Source: a virus (Duplodnaviria; Caudoviricetes). From it: a DNA stretch of 64,000 bases. Positions 42,698 to 53,072 of this stretch are shown piece after piece. The notes under the pieces are model-generated. The model saw nothing but the letters and a program-made list of their open reading frames with translations, ran no database searches and was not told the DNA's origin. How positions within the stretch are numbered: the first letter of the stretch is position 1; each line of letters begins with the position of its first letter. Where the stretch lies: positions 31,751 to 95,750 of the IMG/VR virus record IMGVR_UViG_3300032216_000646. One strand, 5' to 3'. Both the position numbers and the translations under genes were made by a program.

Positions 42698-44692
42698 TTA
42701 CTTGGCTTCGCCCCACTTGTCGACAACGTAAACTTCTGCTTTCAATGGAATAGTAATCTCTTTTAGACGAATACCCTCCATCGACTCACGGATAGCCTCA
42801 GCAACTTCCTCAGCCTTACCCTCTGGAGCAATAGTTACCAGTTCGTCATGCACAGTCAAAATCAAGTTCACATCAGGCTCGTTGATGAAACACGAATGCG
42901 CACGCACCAAAGCCAACTTCATAATGTCAGCGGCTGACCCCTGAATCATAGTGTTGAACGCCTGACGTTCTGCACGAGCCAACAACCCCTGCTCACGGCT
43001 CAACAAGTCAGGAATGTAACGGCGACGTCCGAACAAAGTTTCGACAAACGGAATCTGCCCAGCCTGTTTAGCCATACGAATAACCTTGCCCTTGTATTTC
43101 GTAATGTCCGAGAATCTTGCTTCGAAGTCAGAAAGAAGTTTTTTTGCTTCCGTGACGGAGATGCCTACGGACGAAGCAATCTTGTCAGGTCCGACACCAT
43201 ACGAAATAGCGAGAACCAAAACCTTACCCGCCTTACGGTCAACGCCCAACGTGTCACCAATAGTCGTATAAATGTCCCCACCAACCATGTAGTTTTCAAC
43301 CAGAATCGGGTCTCTCGACAACGAAGCAATAACACGAGGTTCAATCTGAGAATAATCAGCAACAACCAACTTGTAACCTGGAGGAGCAACGAACAAGTTA
43401 CGAACCAACTTGCCATACTCACCCGACGACGGGATGTTCTGCAGATTAGGCTCAGACGACGAAAAACGCCCCGTCTCAGCCCCGTGAGCCTTGAAGTTGG
43501 TGTGAACCCGTCCGTTGATTAGAAGGCTCTTACGGTCGGTTACAGTCTCTTTTCCATTAGTAACACGCTTCACCTCACCACCCGTGTAAGGGGTTACATA
43601 AGTAGTCATCAACTTGTTCAAGTCCTGATACTCCAGCAAAGCATCCACAAGGGAATCCTTGCCACGGTAATACTCAAGCGCATCTGCAGAAACCGAATAC
43701 TGAGACTCAGTCAAATCACCCCTAAGCATCGAACGACCCTTAGTAGTCAAAGTGTTCTTCATCTTCAAGTTAGGGACAATACGAGGCTTCTTACCATCCT
43801 CAGCAGTAAACAACAACTTCTGCTTTGCAGGGACAGAGTTGATAGCAAAAGGCTTACCAGCAATACGATACGCCTTAGCCTCAGCCGCAATCTTATCCTC
43901 ACTAATCTGTTTAGCAAGAACACCCAAAGCCTCTTGGTCAATGTAAGCACCAGCCAACTCCATGTCACACAAAGCCGCAGTAACATCCATCTCCAACTTC
44001 CAAACCTTACGGAGATTACCCGTAATCTTTGGAGCAAGCGCCTTATACAAACGCCAAGTCAACTCAGCATCAATACCCGAATAGTTTGCAACATCCTCAA
44101 ACGAATGCAACGCAACATTCTCACCAATACCCTTAGCCATGTCTACGCCCAGTTCACGCTGAACACACGCCTTCAAGTTCAAACCATTCTTATTCAAGTT
44201 ATTCACAACAAACGCAGCCATCAACGTATCAAAATACGGTTTTACAGGCACACGCCCACGGTAATACTTAGCAATCGACTTCAAATCAAACTTAGCGTTA
44301 TGCGCAACCTTCAACTGGCTACCAAACATGAGTGGCTCAATCGCATCAAAAACTTGCCTCGGCGTAAGTTGCTTTGGCGCTTCAGCAAACTTGGCTGTCC
44401 ACTTGCGTTCATCTTTTGAAAAATGTGACTCAAGAATCTCTTTGCCAGCAGCGAGGCGACGTTGTCCCTCAAGCAACAATGGCTTATCCCAACCCTCAAA
44501 TGAACCATTAGGGTGACCCATAGGAATGACGTCAGTGCGACCCTCAGTCGCAAAAGAAATCCAGCACACGTCATTGATGACTGGATACAGGCGGTTCTCG
44601 CCAATAGTCTCAACGTCAAACGCAAAAGCGTCAACGGAGGAGTAAAACTTTACGAACTCTTTTAGTTGTTCAACAGTGGTAATAATGTTCAT
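42698..44692 (-). CDS. polA: DNA polymerase family A with 3'-5' exonuclease
   Basis: FDVET, HNAKFD, TGRFSSSEPNLQN, ADYSQIE, NTMIQGSAAD, VHDE. Confidence 0.95.
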   Translation of the reverse strand: MNIITTVEQLKEFVKFYSSVDAFAFDVETIGENRLYPVINDVCWISFATEGRTDVIPMGHPNGSFEGWDKPLLLEGQRRLAAGKEILESHFSKDERKWTAKFAEAPKQLTPRQVFDAIEPLMFGSQLKVAHNAKFDLKSIAKYYRGRVPVKPYFDTLMAAFVVNNLNKNGLNLKACVQRELGVDMAKGIGENVALHSFEDVANYSGIDAELTWRLYKALAPKITGNLRKVWKLEMDVTAALCDMELAGAYIDQEALGVLAKQISEDKIAAEAKAYRIAGKPFAINSVPAKQKLLFTAEDGKKPRIVPNLKMKNTLTTKGRSMLRGDLTESQYSVSADALEYYRGKDSLVDALLEYQDLNKLMTTYVTPYTGGEVKRVTNGKETVTDRKSLLINGRVHTNFKAHGAETGRFSSSEPNLQNIPSSGEYGKLVRNLFVAPPGYKLVVADYSQIEPRVIASLSRDPILVENYMVGGDIYTTIGDTLGVDRKAGKVLVLAISYGVGPDKIASSVGISVTEAKKLLSDFEARFSDITKYKGKVIRMAKQAGQIPFVETLFGRRRYIPDLLSREQGLLARAERQAFNTMIQGSAADIMKLALVRAHSCFINEPDVNLILTVHDELVTIAPEGKAEEVAEAIRESMEGIRLKEITIPLKAEVYVVDKWGEAK

Positions 44693-44711
44693 GATTCCCT
44701 CGAAGATGATG

Positions 44712-44757
44712 ATGGGGGACTGAGACTCAAGAAAGATAGAAAGTCTCAGCCCCCCAT
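44712..44757 (-). other. 16-bp intergenic stem-loop between ssb and polA
   Basis: atggggggctgagact / agtctcagtcccccat with one G:U pair. Confidence 0.55.
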
Positions 44758-44770
44758 TGGGTGGAGTGGA

Positions 44771-45424
44771 TTAGCCGACGATAGAACGAGCGATAGTCAA
44801 CAGTTCAGCACGAGGGGTTACGTAAACTGCTTCTGCATCGTACTTGACTGACGAAGTCGCAATCTCTGTGATTTCGTCAGGGTCGAGTTCCCACTCTTCG
44901 GCAAGGTCAGATGCACGGACACGGTCGAGGGTGTACGTAGTCTGCGGACCAGAACCTTGGCGAGAGATAGACCAGTAGAACTTAGTGAGCGGACCACGAC
45001 GTTCGTCGTCATTCGCTGCACGCAACTGGCGGGCTAGGGTTGGGGGAGCAGTTAGAATCTGCACGTTCGGGGACTCATCGCTGAGAACCAGAATGTTGAA
45101 GGCAAACTTCGGACGTGGCTTGTCACCAGTGATGGTGCAAAGTGGGCAGTCATCGCCTAGGCAAACGAAGGACTTTTTGCCCTCACGCTCAATCCAGTGC
45201 GACTCGTAAACCATGAACGGAGCGTTGTCTAGGAAACGAACCAACTGAGTCTGCTCAGAGAAACGGAAGTCAGTTGGGTAATCCCCTGACGCCTGCTTCG
45301 GCTTGAGCATCTTGTCGGCGGCATCCCAGCCAGCCTGCACGGTAGTGCCGTGCTTTGGTGCGGTGTCTTCGCTGTCCTCGTCTAGGTAGGAATCAGCGTC
45401 GATAGTAGGCTTGTCAATAGCCAT
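44771..45424 (-). CDS. Single-stranded DNA-binding protein (gp32-like)
   Basis: VRFLD..HW..C..CPLC..SRQGSGPQTTY. Confidence 0.7.
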   Translation of the reverse strand: MAIDKPTIDADSYLDEDSEDTAPKHGTTVQAGWDAADKMLKPKQASGDYPTDFRFSEQTQLVRFLDNAPFMVYESHWIEREGKKSFVCLGDDCPLCTITGDKPRPKFAFNILVLSDESPNVQILTAPPTLARQLRAANDDERRGPLTKFYWSISRQGSGPQTTYTLDRVRASDLAEEWELDPDEITEIATSSVKYDAEAVYVTPRAELLTIARSIVG

Positions 45425-45479
45425 GGGTATCACTTACTTTCGGTTATGAGGTCTTTCGACTCTCGATGGTTTTGAGGGC

Positions 45480-45965
45480 TTACGCCTCTCGTGGTTGCAC
45501 TACTTCTCTCCATCGGCGGACTATTGCCTCTGTCAAGTCATTGTGCTGACTCCACTCTACACGAGCAGAGCCTAGAAGATTGCGTTTTGAAAACTCTTCA
45601 ATAGCAATCTCAATAAGTTGTTTCGTGTAAACACGATTACCACTTACTTTTTTACCATTCAGGCTCTTCGAGCGCAAACGGTATGGTGCAGCAGGAATGT
45701 ATCCCTTGCGTTCCCATAAACGGATAGTGACGATTTGCTTTTCAAGTGCCTGTGCAAGCGCACTGATAGTGAATACGTCCGTCTCCACTCCCTGCAGATA
45801 CTTCTTGATAGGATTTTCATCCCACCCGTTAGACTCTCCAAGAATCCTAGCACGCCTTTGCTGAGACACCGCTGTTGGGTCTCGGCGTGGCTGTTTAGAG
45901 CCTGGCGCTTTATCGAGACCCTCAAAGGCTTTGAGAATCTCTGCGTCTGAACGAAGTCCAGCCAT
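45480..45965 (-). CDS. MerR-like HTH DNA-binding protein
   Basis: FTISALAQALEKQIVTIRLWERKGYIP..RVYT. Confidence 0.7.
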   Translation of the reverse strand: MAGLRSDAEILKAFEGLDKAPGSKQPRRDPTAVSQQRRARILGESNGWDENPIKKYLQGVETDVFTISALAQALEKQIVTIRLWERKGYIPAAPYRLRSKSLNGKKVSGNRVYTKQLIEIAIEEFSKRNLLGSARVEWSQHNDLTEAIVRRWREVVQPREA

Positions 45966-45968
45966 GAC

Positions 45969-46412
45969 CTACTTCTTTTTGGTCATCAATGCCCACACCG
46001 TGCGAGGTGGGAACATAGCGTCGAGTTCGGCTTCAGAAATCTTGTCCTGATAGAAAGCAGCCATCAGTTCGTCTTCGTCAACAACACGGACAGTCTTGTA
46101 AACGGTTTCGGTAAGGTCGTTGGCTTTTAGAATCTGTTCAGCCATCTCCTCGTCAATCTTACGAGTTACACGACGTTGCTTTTCAAGGCGAGTAACGCCA
46201 TCGATGTCCGCATCAAGTTCCAACTGGATGTTACCCTTGTCATCTGGTAATCCTTCGTTGTCAATCTTGGCAAACAACTTCTCACGAAGTTCTTTCTGAC
46301 GAGCCTCCAACTGCTCCATGCTCTTTTTTACCATAAGGTATTCACGAACTTGAGTGTTGATGTCGTCTGGGTCTGCAAACTCTCGCTTGCCCTCATCAAT
46401 AACATTTACCAT
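45969..46412 (-). CDS. Hypothetical coiled-coil protein of the replication module
   Basis: AGGAGG RBS; 147 aa ORF. Confidence 0.65.
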   Translation of the reverse strand: MVNVIDEGKREFADPDDINTQVREYLMVKKSMEQLEARQKELREKLFAKIDNEGLPDDKGNIQLELDADIDGVTRLEKQRRVTRKIDEEMAEQILKANDLTETVYKTVRVVDEDELMAAFYQDKISEAELDAMFPPRTVWALMTKKK

Positions 46413-46425
46413 GTGTATCGCCCTC

Positions 46426-47994
46426 CTAAATAAGCGTTTCTGTTAGAAAGTTTATTAGACTTCCTACTGTTAGGTCAACCCCACCTTTGGAGTTTATACC
46501 AGAACCATCCAAGATTGCACCTGCCACGTTACTTTTTTGTTTCAGCGTGTCGTGCTGTCTCTGTTCAATAGAATCCTTGACCAGAATGTCTTGAATAGTA
46601 ATGCTATGCCATTCCGATGACGTTCTGTTGATTCTACCGTTTCTTTGCACAGCGAGTCCAGAACTCCATGGCTGGTCGTAGTTCAAGAGAAGATTACCTT
46701 GAGGCAAATCCACACCATAGCCGCCAGCGTCACTAGATACCAAAACACGAACGTTCCGCTCGGTCTGAAAGGATACTTTGGCTGATTCTTTTTCTTTGGC
46801 ATTCATCTCTCCTGTGTATGCTACCGCTTTGAACCCAGCCTCGTCAAGAGCCTTTACTAAGTCGCTAACTGAAACTAGATAAGAACTAAATACTACCGCT
46901 TTGTAGGATGGGTCAATCTCAAGGTGGTCTTTTAGATAAGAAATCGCTGCATCACGTTTAGGATGTTTAGCCAACCCATCTAGTTTGTCAGCCAGCGAGT
47001 AAATGTAAGCACTGCCAGAACCCTGCTGTTGTTCAAATGACACTGCAGAGTGTGCTAACAATGTCGGACCTGAACATAGCATCCGTAAGGCGGAGATACG
47101 AGACATGATTTGCCCACGCATAGTGTTGGCTGGGTCATCAGGGGTATACGTCTGTCCGTAATGTGAAGCCAGATTGAATGAACTACCAAACGTTTCACGG
47201 GCTTCAACTAGAAGGGAGTAAAGGTCTTTTGCAATGTAGTCATACACTTCACGTGCTTTTTTATCTAAAGAAACCAAGATTGGTTCACGATAAATGGCAT
47301 CTGGAAGATACGGTTTTACGTCTTCGTCTTTTTGAGATTTCCTAACGGATGCCTTACGGAGAGTCTCATGGAGGACGGGTAGATTACGGTAACGGTCAAC
47401 GCCACCAAAATGGTTACGGACAATAAACGTTTTATCAAAGATGTCAAACCTACCAAGGATGGTGGAGTCTACAAACTGCATAATCGAATAGATTTCTTCT
47501 GGTCGACCATTCTCAATAGGAGTTCCAGTCAACGCATAACGGATAGGAATCTTCTTGGCTAGTTCTTTTACTTTTTTGGCTCGCTTGGCTCGGAAACCTT
47601 TGATAGCGGTTGCTTCGTCGCAAATGACAGCATCAAATACAAAACTTTTGACAACATCCCAGTCGTTCACCACCTGTTCGTAGTTCATGATTACATAATC
47701 GTGTTTTTTGGCTTCAACGTATTGTGCGTAACGTTGCTTAGGTGTTCCGTCAACCACAATCGCAGTTGCATCACTAAACTTCTCTATTTCTTTTTTCCAC
47801 TGGTATTTGAGGCTGGCAAGACACAGCACCAAAGTTAGATTGGAAACTTCGTTAGAATCACGCAGCGACTCAATGGCTGCAATCGTCATCGGCGTTTTGC
47901 CTAGACCCATCTCGTAAGCGACCAGAATCTTTTTAGATTCGACCATCTTAGTGACGGCTTCAACCTGATACGGTTTCAGCGTCCCTTTGAACAT
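46426..47994 (-). CDS. SNF2/SF2 helicase
   Basis: MGLGKT, DEAT, LTGTP, GGYGVDL, QRNGRINR. Confidence 0.9.
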   Translation of the reverse strand: MFKGTLKPYQVEAVTKMVESKKILVAYEMGLGKTPMTIAAIESLRDSNEVSNLTLVLCLASLKYQWKKEIEKFSDATAIVVDGTPKQRYAQYVEAKKHDYVIMNYEQVVNDWDVVKSFVFDAVICDEATAIKGFRAKRAKKVKELAKKIPIRYALTGTPIENGRPEEIYSIMQFVDSTILGRFDIFDKTFIVRNHFGGVDRYRNLPVLHETLRKASVRKSQKDEDVKPYLPDAIYREPILVSLDKKAREVYDYIAKDLYSLLVEARETFGSSFNLASHYGQTYTPDDPANTMRGQIMSRISALRMLCSGPTLLAHSAVSFEQQQGSGSAYIYSLADKLDGLAKHPKRDAAISYLKDHLEIDPSYKAVVFSSYLVSVSDLVKALDEAGFKAVAYTGEMNAKEKESAKVSFQTERNVRVLVSSDAGGYGVDLPQGNLLLNYDQPWSSGLAVQRNGRINRTSSEWHSITIQDILVKDSIEQRQHDTLKQKSNVAGAILDGSGINSKGGVDLTVGSLINFLTETLI

Positions 47995-48967
47995 AGGCTG
48001 ATTCTCCATAAATAGCGGACTTAGCGTTACCAACACCCCAAACGAGTTCTTCGTCAGTCATGTCGCCTGGGTCTTTCTTACTACTCTCACCGTAGTTGAA
48101 AAAGAACACATTCATACCGTATTTGCGACTCCAAACACGCATTTCATCACAAGCCTTCTTGCCTGCTTTGTCAATGTTTGGGTTATCAAATGCGATAACA
48201 ACCTTCTCTGAATACCTGAGAAGTTTTACTTGAGCCTCGCTTACGGATGACCCGCAGACTGCAACAGCACCGTCAATACCAGCGGAGGCAAAACGAACGC
48301 AGTCAAGCGGAGACTCAACGACAATGACCACGTCTTCGTTCTGGTTTTCGATACCAAATAAAGTCGAGGACTTAGTTAGCCCTGCAGGACGGTTCTTGAA
48401 AGTTCTGTCTACAGTTCCCTTTTCCTGCCAACCAAGTAACTGGCGGAAGTGTGGGTCACGGAGCGGCAAAATCCATGTCTTCTTACTATTGTCCCACATA
48501 ACGCCATACTTCTGGGCGGCTTCTAGGGTTATGCTACGGCTGTCTAGAGCCTCTTGTGGAGGGTCAACGAACACTGCCAAGCGTGCCTCAGACATCTCTA
48601 ACGGCTTTGGGTCAGGTGGCAGGTATGACGGTAATGACTTTAGAATCTCCAGCATGCGTTCTGGGCTGACTTGAGCGACTGTTGCCAGCCATTCCCTGCC
48701 TGATTTGTAGTCATACTCTTCTTCGTATTGACCCCATGATTTTTGGTAAAACTCTTTGACATCGCAAACTAACTGGACAACGTTACCTTTGTAACCACAT
48801 GAGAAACAAATGTGCTGACCAGACTCAAGGTTTATGAACCATGACGGATTGTGGTCTTCTTTGCCTGTGCGTTTTTGGTGCATCGGACAAATGGCTGACG
48901 CCTCATGCCCAAGCAATCCAAAGTCAATGCCTAAAGCAACTAGAACACTTTCAATGTCAACTGTCAC
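47960..48967 (-). CDS. DNA primase (zinc finger plus Toprim)
   Basis: CPMH..CFSC; VVESPLD; FDN..D. Confidence 0.88.
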   Translation of the reverse strand: MTVDIESVLVALGIDFGLLGHEASAICPMHQKRTGKEDHNPSWFINLESGQHICFSCGYKGNVVQLVCDVKEFYQKSWGQYEEEYDYKSGREWLATVAQVSPERMLEILKSLPSYLPPDPKPLEMSEARLAVFVDPPQEALDSRSITLEAAQKYGVMWDNSKKTWILPLRDPHFRQLLGWQEKGTVDRTFKNRPAGLTKSSTLFGIENQNEDVVIVVESPLDCVRFASAGIDGAVAVCGSSVSEAQVKLLRYSEKVVIAFDNPNIDKAGKKACDEMRVWSRKYGMNVFFFNYGESSKKDPGDMTDEELVWGVGNAKSAIYGESAYVQRDAETVSG

Positions 48968-50214
48968 GGAGTTACCCACGGAGTGCAAAACTTGCAGGTA
49001 TTCTGGGCTGATTCGTCATGGAAACACCCAGTGTCCCAGTTCCAAGTAATGCTGGTTTCTGACGGAGGACAGTTACGAGACTGGACAATCTTTAGCAAGC
49101 GAATCTGGTCGTCTCCCTCAACTGGTTCAAGACCAAGGATTACGTCAGAGTCTTGGAAGAATGATGATGAGTAACCAATGGAGTCAGCAGAGACTTTTCC
49201 GCCCTTCATTTTCCAAAGGAGAGTCTGTGTGGTGATTACAACTGGGATGTCTAGTCGTTGAGCCATACGCTTGAGCGCACGTGTGATGTTGGTAAGCGCT
49301 TGTGGAGTGTTTGAGTCGCCAGTAACTTGGTCAAGCATCAGGTAGACACCGTCAACAAATAAGATTTCTGGCTTCAACTGCTCTGCTTTAGCCAATAGTG
49401 CATCAACAGTCAATCCGTTTACTGCGTCTACAAGGTGAAACGGCTTCTTGATTTTTAAGTCGTCAAGCATGTCAAGGTAACGGGTTTCTTCAGAAGACTG
49501 AAGTTTTCCACGACGTAGACGTGCTGAGGAAATGTTGGCACGCATAGCATCATGGCGTTGAGACTGTTCACGGTTGTTCATCTCAAACGATTGGAACATT
49601 GGGATGTGACCAGCCTCATGGGTGTTCACCGCTACTCGCAAAGCAATCTGGGACTTACCAGTCTTTGGTGGAGCAATAATAGTTACCAACTGACCTCCTT
49701 GAAGACCAGCGGTTGCTTCGTCAATCTTTAGGAAACCCGTAGGGATACCAAGCATCACAGAGTTCTGCACGTCTTCGTATTGCTTGAAGCGAGCGTCAGG
49801 GTCAGTAGTTAGGTCAACGTGTGTTGTGCCTTTGATGCCCTGCTCGTTGACAATGGCAACGGTCTTTTCCATCTCGACCAAAGCCGAGTTGTGGTCATTA
49901 GCAGAAACTTTTTCTAGAACTAGTTCAACACCAGCACGAGTAAGTGTGCGGCGACGGAACTCGACCATTTGGTCAATCAGATACTCAATGGTGTCTGCTA
50001 CGTCAAAGATTTTGTGGTTAGGGAAGTTATCTTTCACTACTACGCCAGTAGGAACTTCTCCGTAGGTTGAGTAGTGTTCTCGAACAAACTTCCAGACACG
50101 ACGGAGGTCATCATCTACAAACCAATCATCTTTGATTCCTCGTTCAAGAACGGGGATGATGTTACGGTCACGGATGACCTTACTTACGAGCCGATGCTCA
50201 TTATCTGCTGCCAT
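48964..50214 (-). CDS. dnaB: DnaB-like replicative helicase
   Basis: APPKTGKS, SFEM, FVDGVYLM, FQDSD. Confidence 0.9.
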   Translation of the reverse strand: MAADNEHRLVSKVIRDRNIIPVLERGIKDDWFVDDDLRRVWKFVREHYSTYGEVPTGVVVKDNFPNHKIFDVADTIEYLIDQMVEFRRRTLTRAGVELVLEKVSANDHNSALVEMEKTVAIVNEQGIKGTTHVDLTTDPDARFKQYEDVQNSVMLGIPTGFLKIDEATAGLQGGQLVTIIAPPKTGKSQIALRVAVNTHEAGHIPMFQSFEMNNREQSQRHDAMRANISSARLRRGKLQSSEETRYLDMLDDLKIKKPFHLVDAVNGLTVDALLAKAEQLKPEILFVDGVYLMLDQVTGDSNTPQALTNITRALKRMAQRLDIPVVITTQTLLWKMKGGKVSADSIGYSSSFFQDSDVILGLEPVEGDDQIRLLKIVQSRNCPPSETSITWNWDTGCFHDESAQNTCKFCTPWVTP

Positions 50215-50232
50215 AATGCCCTCTTCTACTTC

Positions 50233-50649
50233 TTACAGGTTATCTAGTTCTAGTCCCCATGAACCATACCTAGCAACTCTCTCACGCAAATCTATCACGC
50301 CTCTGAGGTTATTGCGATACGGCAACTCACCAATAAAATCATCAATGTCTGAGTATAACTCAGCATAGTTGAATGGGTTACCGCCACGACTGTCTAAGCG
50401 ATTCATCAAAGCGTCTAAGTGTTCTTGCTTCCAATGCTGGTCACTAAATGCGGCTAACTCTACTGAAAGACCGTATTTGAAAGACTTGTTCCACAGTAAT
50501 GACAATGCGGCGTTATTCAACCCAACTACTTTGCGGTCAAAAGAAGACGAAAACAGTTTTTTAGTTTCTTCAACATCTGATTTCACAACAGCGTCAATAA
50601 CCACAATGATTCGTGGTCCTGAGTCGTTGGCGATGTCGCCACCCTGCAT
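50233..50649 (-). CDS. Hypothetical protein, possible degenerate HAD fold
   Basis: MQGGDI..RIIVVID. Confidence 0.55.
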   Translation of the reverse strand: MQGGDIANDSGPRIIVVIDAVVKSDVEETKKLFSSSFDRKVVGLNNAALSLLWNKSFKYGLSVELAAFSDQHWKQEHLDALMNRLDSRGGNPFNYAELYSDIDDFIGELPYRNNLRGVIDLRERVARYGSWGLELDNL

Positions 50650-50939
50650 TACAAAACCTCGACACGAGCGTGACGGATGATGAACTTACGGAACGCATCA
50701 GAGTCGTCCATAGCCGCAAGTGCTTCTTCCTCAGATACTTCCTCTGGGATAAGAATCGCATAATGACCGTCATTGGCAGCCATAGCATTTTTTACATAAC
50801 GAGAATGCTTGCACCTTGCGCTATTTTGAAACGCAGGGCATGTGCAACGAACCTTAGAATGGTTGTCAGAATCAACCTGAACTTCACACACATACTCGTC
50901 GTTCAAAAACATTTGGACTGTACGCCAATCGATGTCCAC
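50649..50939 (-). CDS. SWIM zinc-finger protein
   Basis: CTCP..CKH. Confidence 0.75.
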   Translation of the reverse strand: MDIDWRTVQMFLNDEYVCEVQVDSDNHSKVRCTCPAFQNSARCKHSRYVKNAMAANDGHYAILIPEEVSEEEALAAMDDSDAFRKFIIRHARVEVL

Positions 50940-50950
50940 GTATCGTCCTT

Positions 50951-51661
50951 TCATCGTGATTTTCTCAAATCTTTGTTCTGAATACGAACACGATGAAAAG
51001 CCTCAAAAGCAAAACTTCCCATGGCTTCGGAATACTGTAAAGCCCAGTTTTCCCGCATCACGTTCGTTGTTACTATTGTAGGCAATCCTTTGTCATAACG
51101 TGAGCGAAGTAACTCATCAAAAGATGCGTCATTGTAGGCAGTATTGGATTCCTTGCCAAGGTCATCAATGACCAGTAGGCGGACGTTCAGCCAGTCTTCT
51201 TTAGCACGTCCATGAAAGCCTTCCATGACACGGTTTAGTTCACGGCGCTCATCTGGTTCGGCGTCAAACGCCTGCTTTTTGATAGCCAGAAACTCAGGGA
51301 ACGTCAAGAAGTGAATAGCCTTGAACTGGCGACCAAAGTCCTTGTTACTGACGTGGAAAAGGGCTTTTATTGCCTCCTCGTCGTCTGGTAGACGATGAAT
51401 GAACTCTAGGGCTGCTACAGCAGCGTGCGTGGTCTTACCCTCGCCAGGTCCTCCGTCAAACATCATTCCGACACCGCAACTACCTAGACCGCCAGCGTTC
51501 TGGATAATCTCTCCAGCGAGCGCTTGGTCTAGCCAGTCTTCAATCTGTTCTGGAAACTTGCCAGTGTCTTGAACGATTTTGGCTTTGTTCCAACCCTCAT
51601 AACGGATAGGCATGTTGGAGTTCTTTATCCAAGCACGTTTTAGTAAATCTATTTCCGACAT
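50951..51661 (-). CDS. DnaC/IstB-like helicase loader ATPase
   Basis: GGPGEGKT, LVIDDLGKE, RSRY..PTIVTTN. Confidence 0.85.
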   Translation of the reverse strand: MSEIDLLKRAWIKNSNMPIRYEGWNKAKIVQDTGKFPEQIEDWLDQALAGEIIQNAGGLGSCGVGMMFDGGPGEGKTTHAAVAALEFIHRLPDDEEAIKALFHVSNKDFGRQFKAIHFLTFPEFLAIKKQAFDAEPDERRELNRVMEGFHGRAKEDWLNVRLLVIDDLGKESNTAYNDASFDELLRSRYDKGLPTIVTTNVMRENWALQYSEAMGSFAFEAFHRVRIQNKDLRKSR

Positions 51662-51680
51662 TTCGCCCCTAACCTGCGGG

Positions 51681-51812
51681 TTACTTCTTGGTTACTAAAC
51701 GGCGCTTGATTGCGTCAAAAATCTTTGGGCGCTTTTTAGAAGCCTTACCGTTATTGCGTTCGCTGTCGTTACCCTTTTTAGCGGGTGCTGGAGAGCCTTT
51801 TCCTTTAGCCAT
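51681..51812 (-). CDS. Small Lys-rich protein (43 aa, not in ORF track)
   Basis: MAKGKGSPAPAKKG..KRRLVTKK*; overlaps the upstream stop. Confidence 0.6.
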   Translation of the reverse strand: MAKGKGSPAPAKKGNDSERNNGKASKKRPKIFDAIKRRLVTKK

Positions 51813-52803
51813 TAGTTACCTTTAGTTTCTCTTCGTATCGTTCTAGAGCCTTGCGCCCCGTAATCGAGTTATCAAACTCTCTACCATCTGAAGCATACAC
51901 GAACTCTGCGTTCTCTTCGACAGACACGTCCTCGTATAGTTCTTTTCGGCTTGGCAAACCAAGATTTACGTGAGCCTTGTTCATGTCATCGGTAAAGAAC
52001 ATCTTTAGGTAGCGCTTGTAAAGCATCTCTGGCTGCTTTTCAGCGTCATGGTGGTTACGACTATCGCCCATGAACATGCGTAGTAGTTCTAGTTCGATGA
52101 TTGCCGTAAACCCATACTTGTTTCGGTTTCCAGCCAATGCTCCACGGAGAGGGCTGGTCTTGAAAGTCCCTGGCAAATACGGATACTTGCGGGTAAGCAG
52201 ATACGAAAACTCCACAGCAACATCTGCTGGTGTCCACTCATGTTCTGGACGGCGACCACGAGTCTTTGGGTCTCGCTTGTCTACTGACAACTTGTGCTTG
52301 ACTACCGCAGGCTTCTCGTCCTCAAATAGTCCGACACCGCCCACTTCATCATCGCCTGCAACATCCTCGCCACGAGGACGCCATTTTTCATTAGCCACGG
52401 TAACCTCCCGATACTTCTTCACTTGGCTATCTAAGTCATACATGTACGTACTTGTACCTGTATAACTATCATTACTACTTGTACCAGTTGTTGATGTCTC
52501 ATTTTTGATACATGGCTCACTACTCAATGTCTCAGATTTGATACATGGTAGTAACTGGTATTTGTTATAGGACAGTTTGCCAAGATTACGCTTAGACCTC
52601 ACAACTTCAAGAAGTCCAACGTCTTTCAAGGCAGACACAGCCCTAGACAAAGTTGGTCGACTGTAACCAGTCAAAATGCCAAGGTCATCCATAGATGCGT
52701 TGACAGACCCATCCTCTAAGGACAGGTGGCGCAAAGCCAGCAGTGTCCGTAAAGCATTAGCGTCAAGAGTTAGCAAAACTAACTCTTCAAAGTTTTTTGT
52801 CAT
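51805..52803 (-). CDS. Replication initiator-like protein (N-terminal winged HTH)
   Basis: LGILTGYSRPTLSRAVSALKDVGLL..NKY; upstream of the DnaC-like and DnaB genes; internal repeats. Confidence 0.7.
   Translation of the reverse strand: MTKNFEELVLLTLDANALRTLLALRHLSLEDGSVNASMDDLGILTGYSRPTLSRAVSALKDVGLLEVVRSKRNLGKLSYNKYQLLPCIKSETLSSEPCIKNETSTTGTSSNDSYTGTSTYMYDLDSQVKKYREVTVANEKWRPRGEDVAGDDEVGGVGLFEDEKPAVVKHKLSVDKRDPKTRGRRPEHEWTPADVAVEFSYLLTRKYPYLPGTFKTSPLRGALAGNRNKYGFTAIIELELLRMFMGDSRNHHDAEKQPEMLYKRYLKMFFTDDMNKAHVNLGLPSRKELYEDVSVEENAEFVYASDGREFDNSITGRKALERYEEKLKVTNG
52494..52548. repeat. Two 22-bp quasi-palindromic direct repeats (candidate iterons)
   Basis: ATGTCTCAtttttGATACATGG and ATGTCTCAgatttGATACATGG, 33 bp apart. 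Confidence 0.7.
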
Positions 52804-53060
52804 TACCGACGATTATAGTTGTTTACAACTACAGGTCGGTTCACTAGCATCGATAACACGCCTGATACAAATGCGGCAGAAAAACCACAGACAACTAACT
52901 GGAAACCAATGATGTCAAACAACCAACAACCAAAGTAACATAATGGAAGAGTAGTCACTAACCGTATGATTTTTGGGTTGAATGAGTCGACTAAAGCAAG
53001 CAACTCCACTAAGTAAGAGGCTGCTGCTCCCACTAAAATAACGTAAATAAAAATGTCCAT
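52803..53060 (-). CDS. Small membrane protein (holin-like topology)
   Basis: About three hydrophobic helices in 85 aa. Confidence 0.55.
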   Translation of the reverse strand: MDIFIYVILVGAAASYLVELLALVDSFNPKIIRLVTTLPLCYFGCWLFDIIGFQLVVCGFSAAFVSGVLSMLVNRPVVVNNYNRR

Positions 53061-53072
53061 ACGGACATCCTA

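Noticed and set aside
42158-44692. HNH as part of an intron or intein in polA
   Set aside because: polA is continuous with all motifs present, and the HNH gene is free-standing downstream
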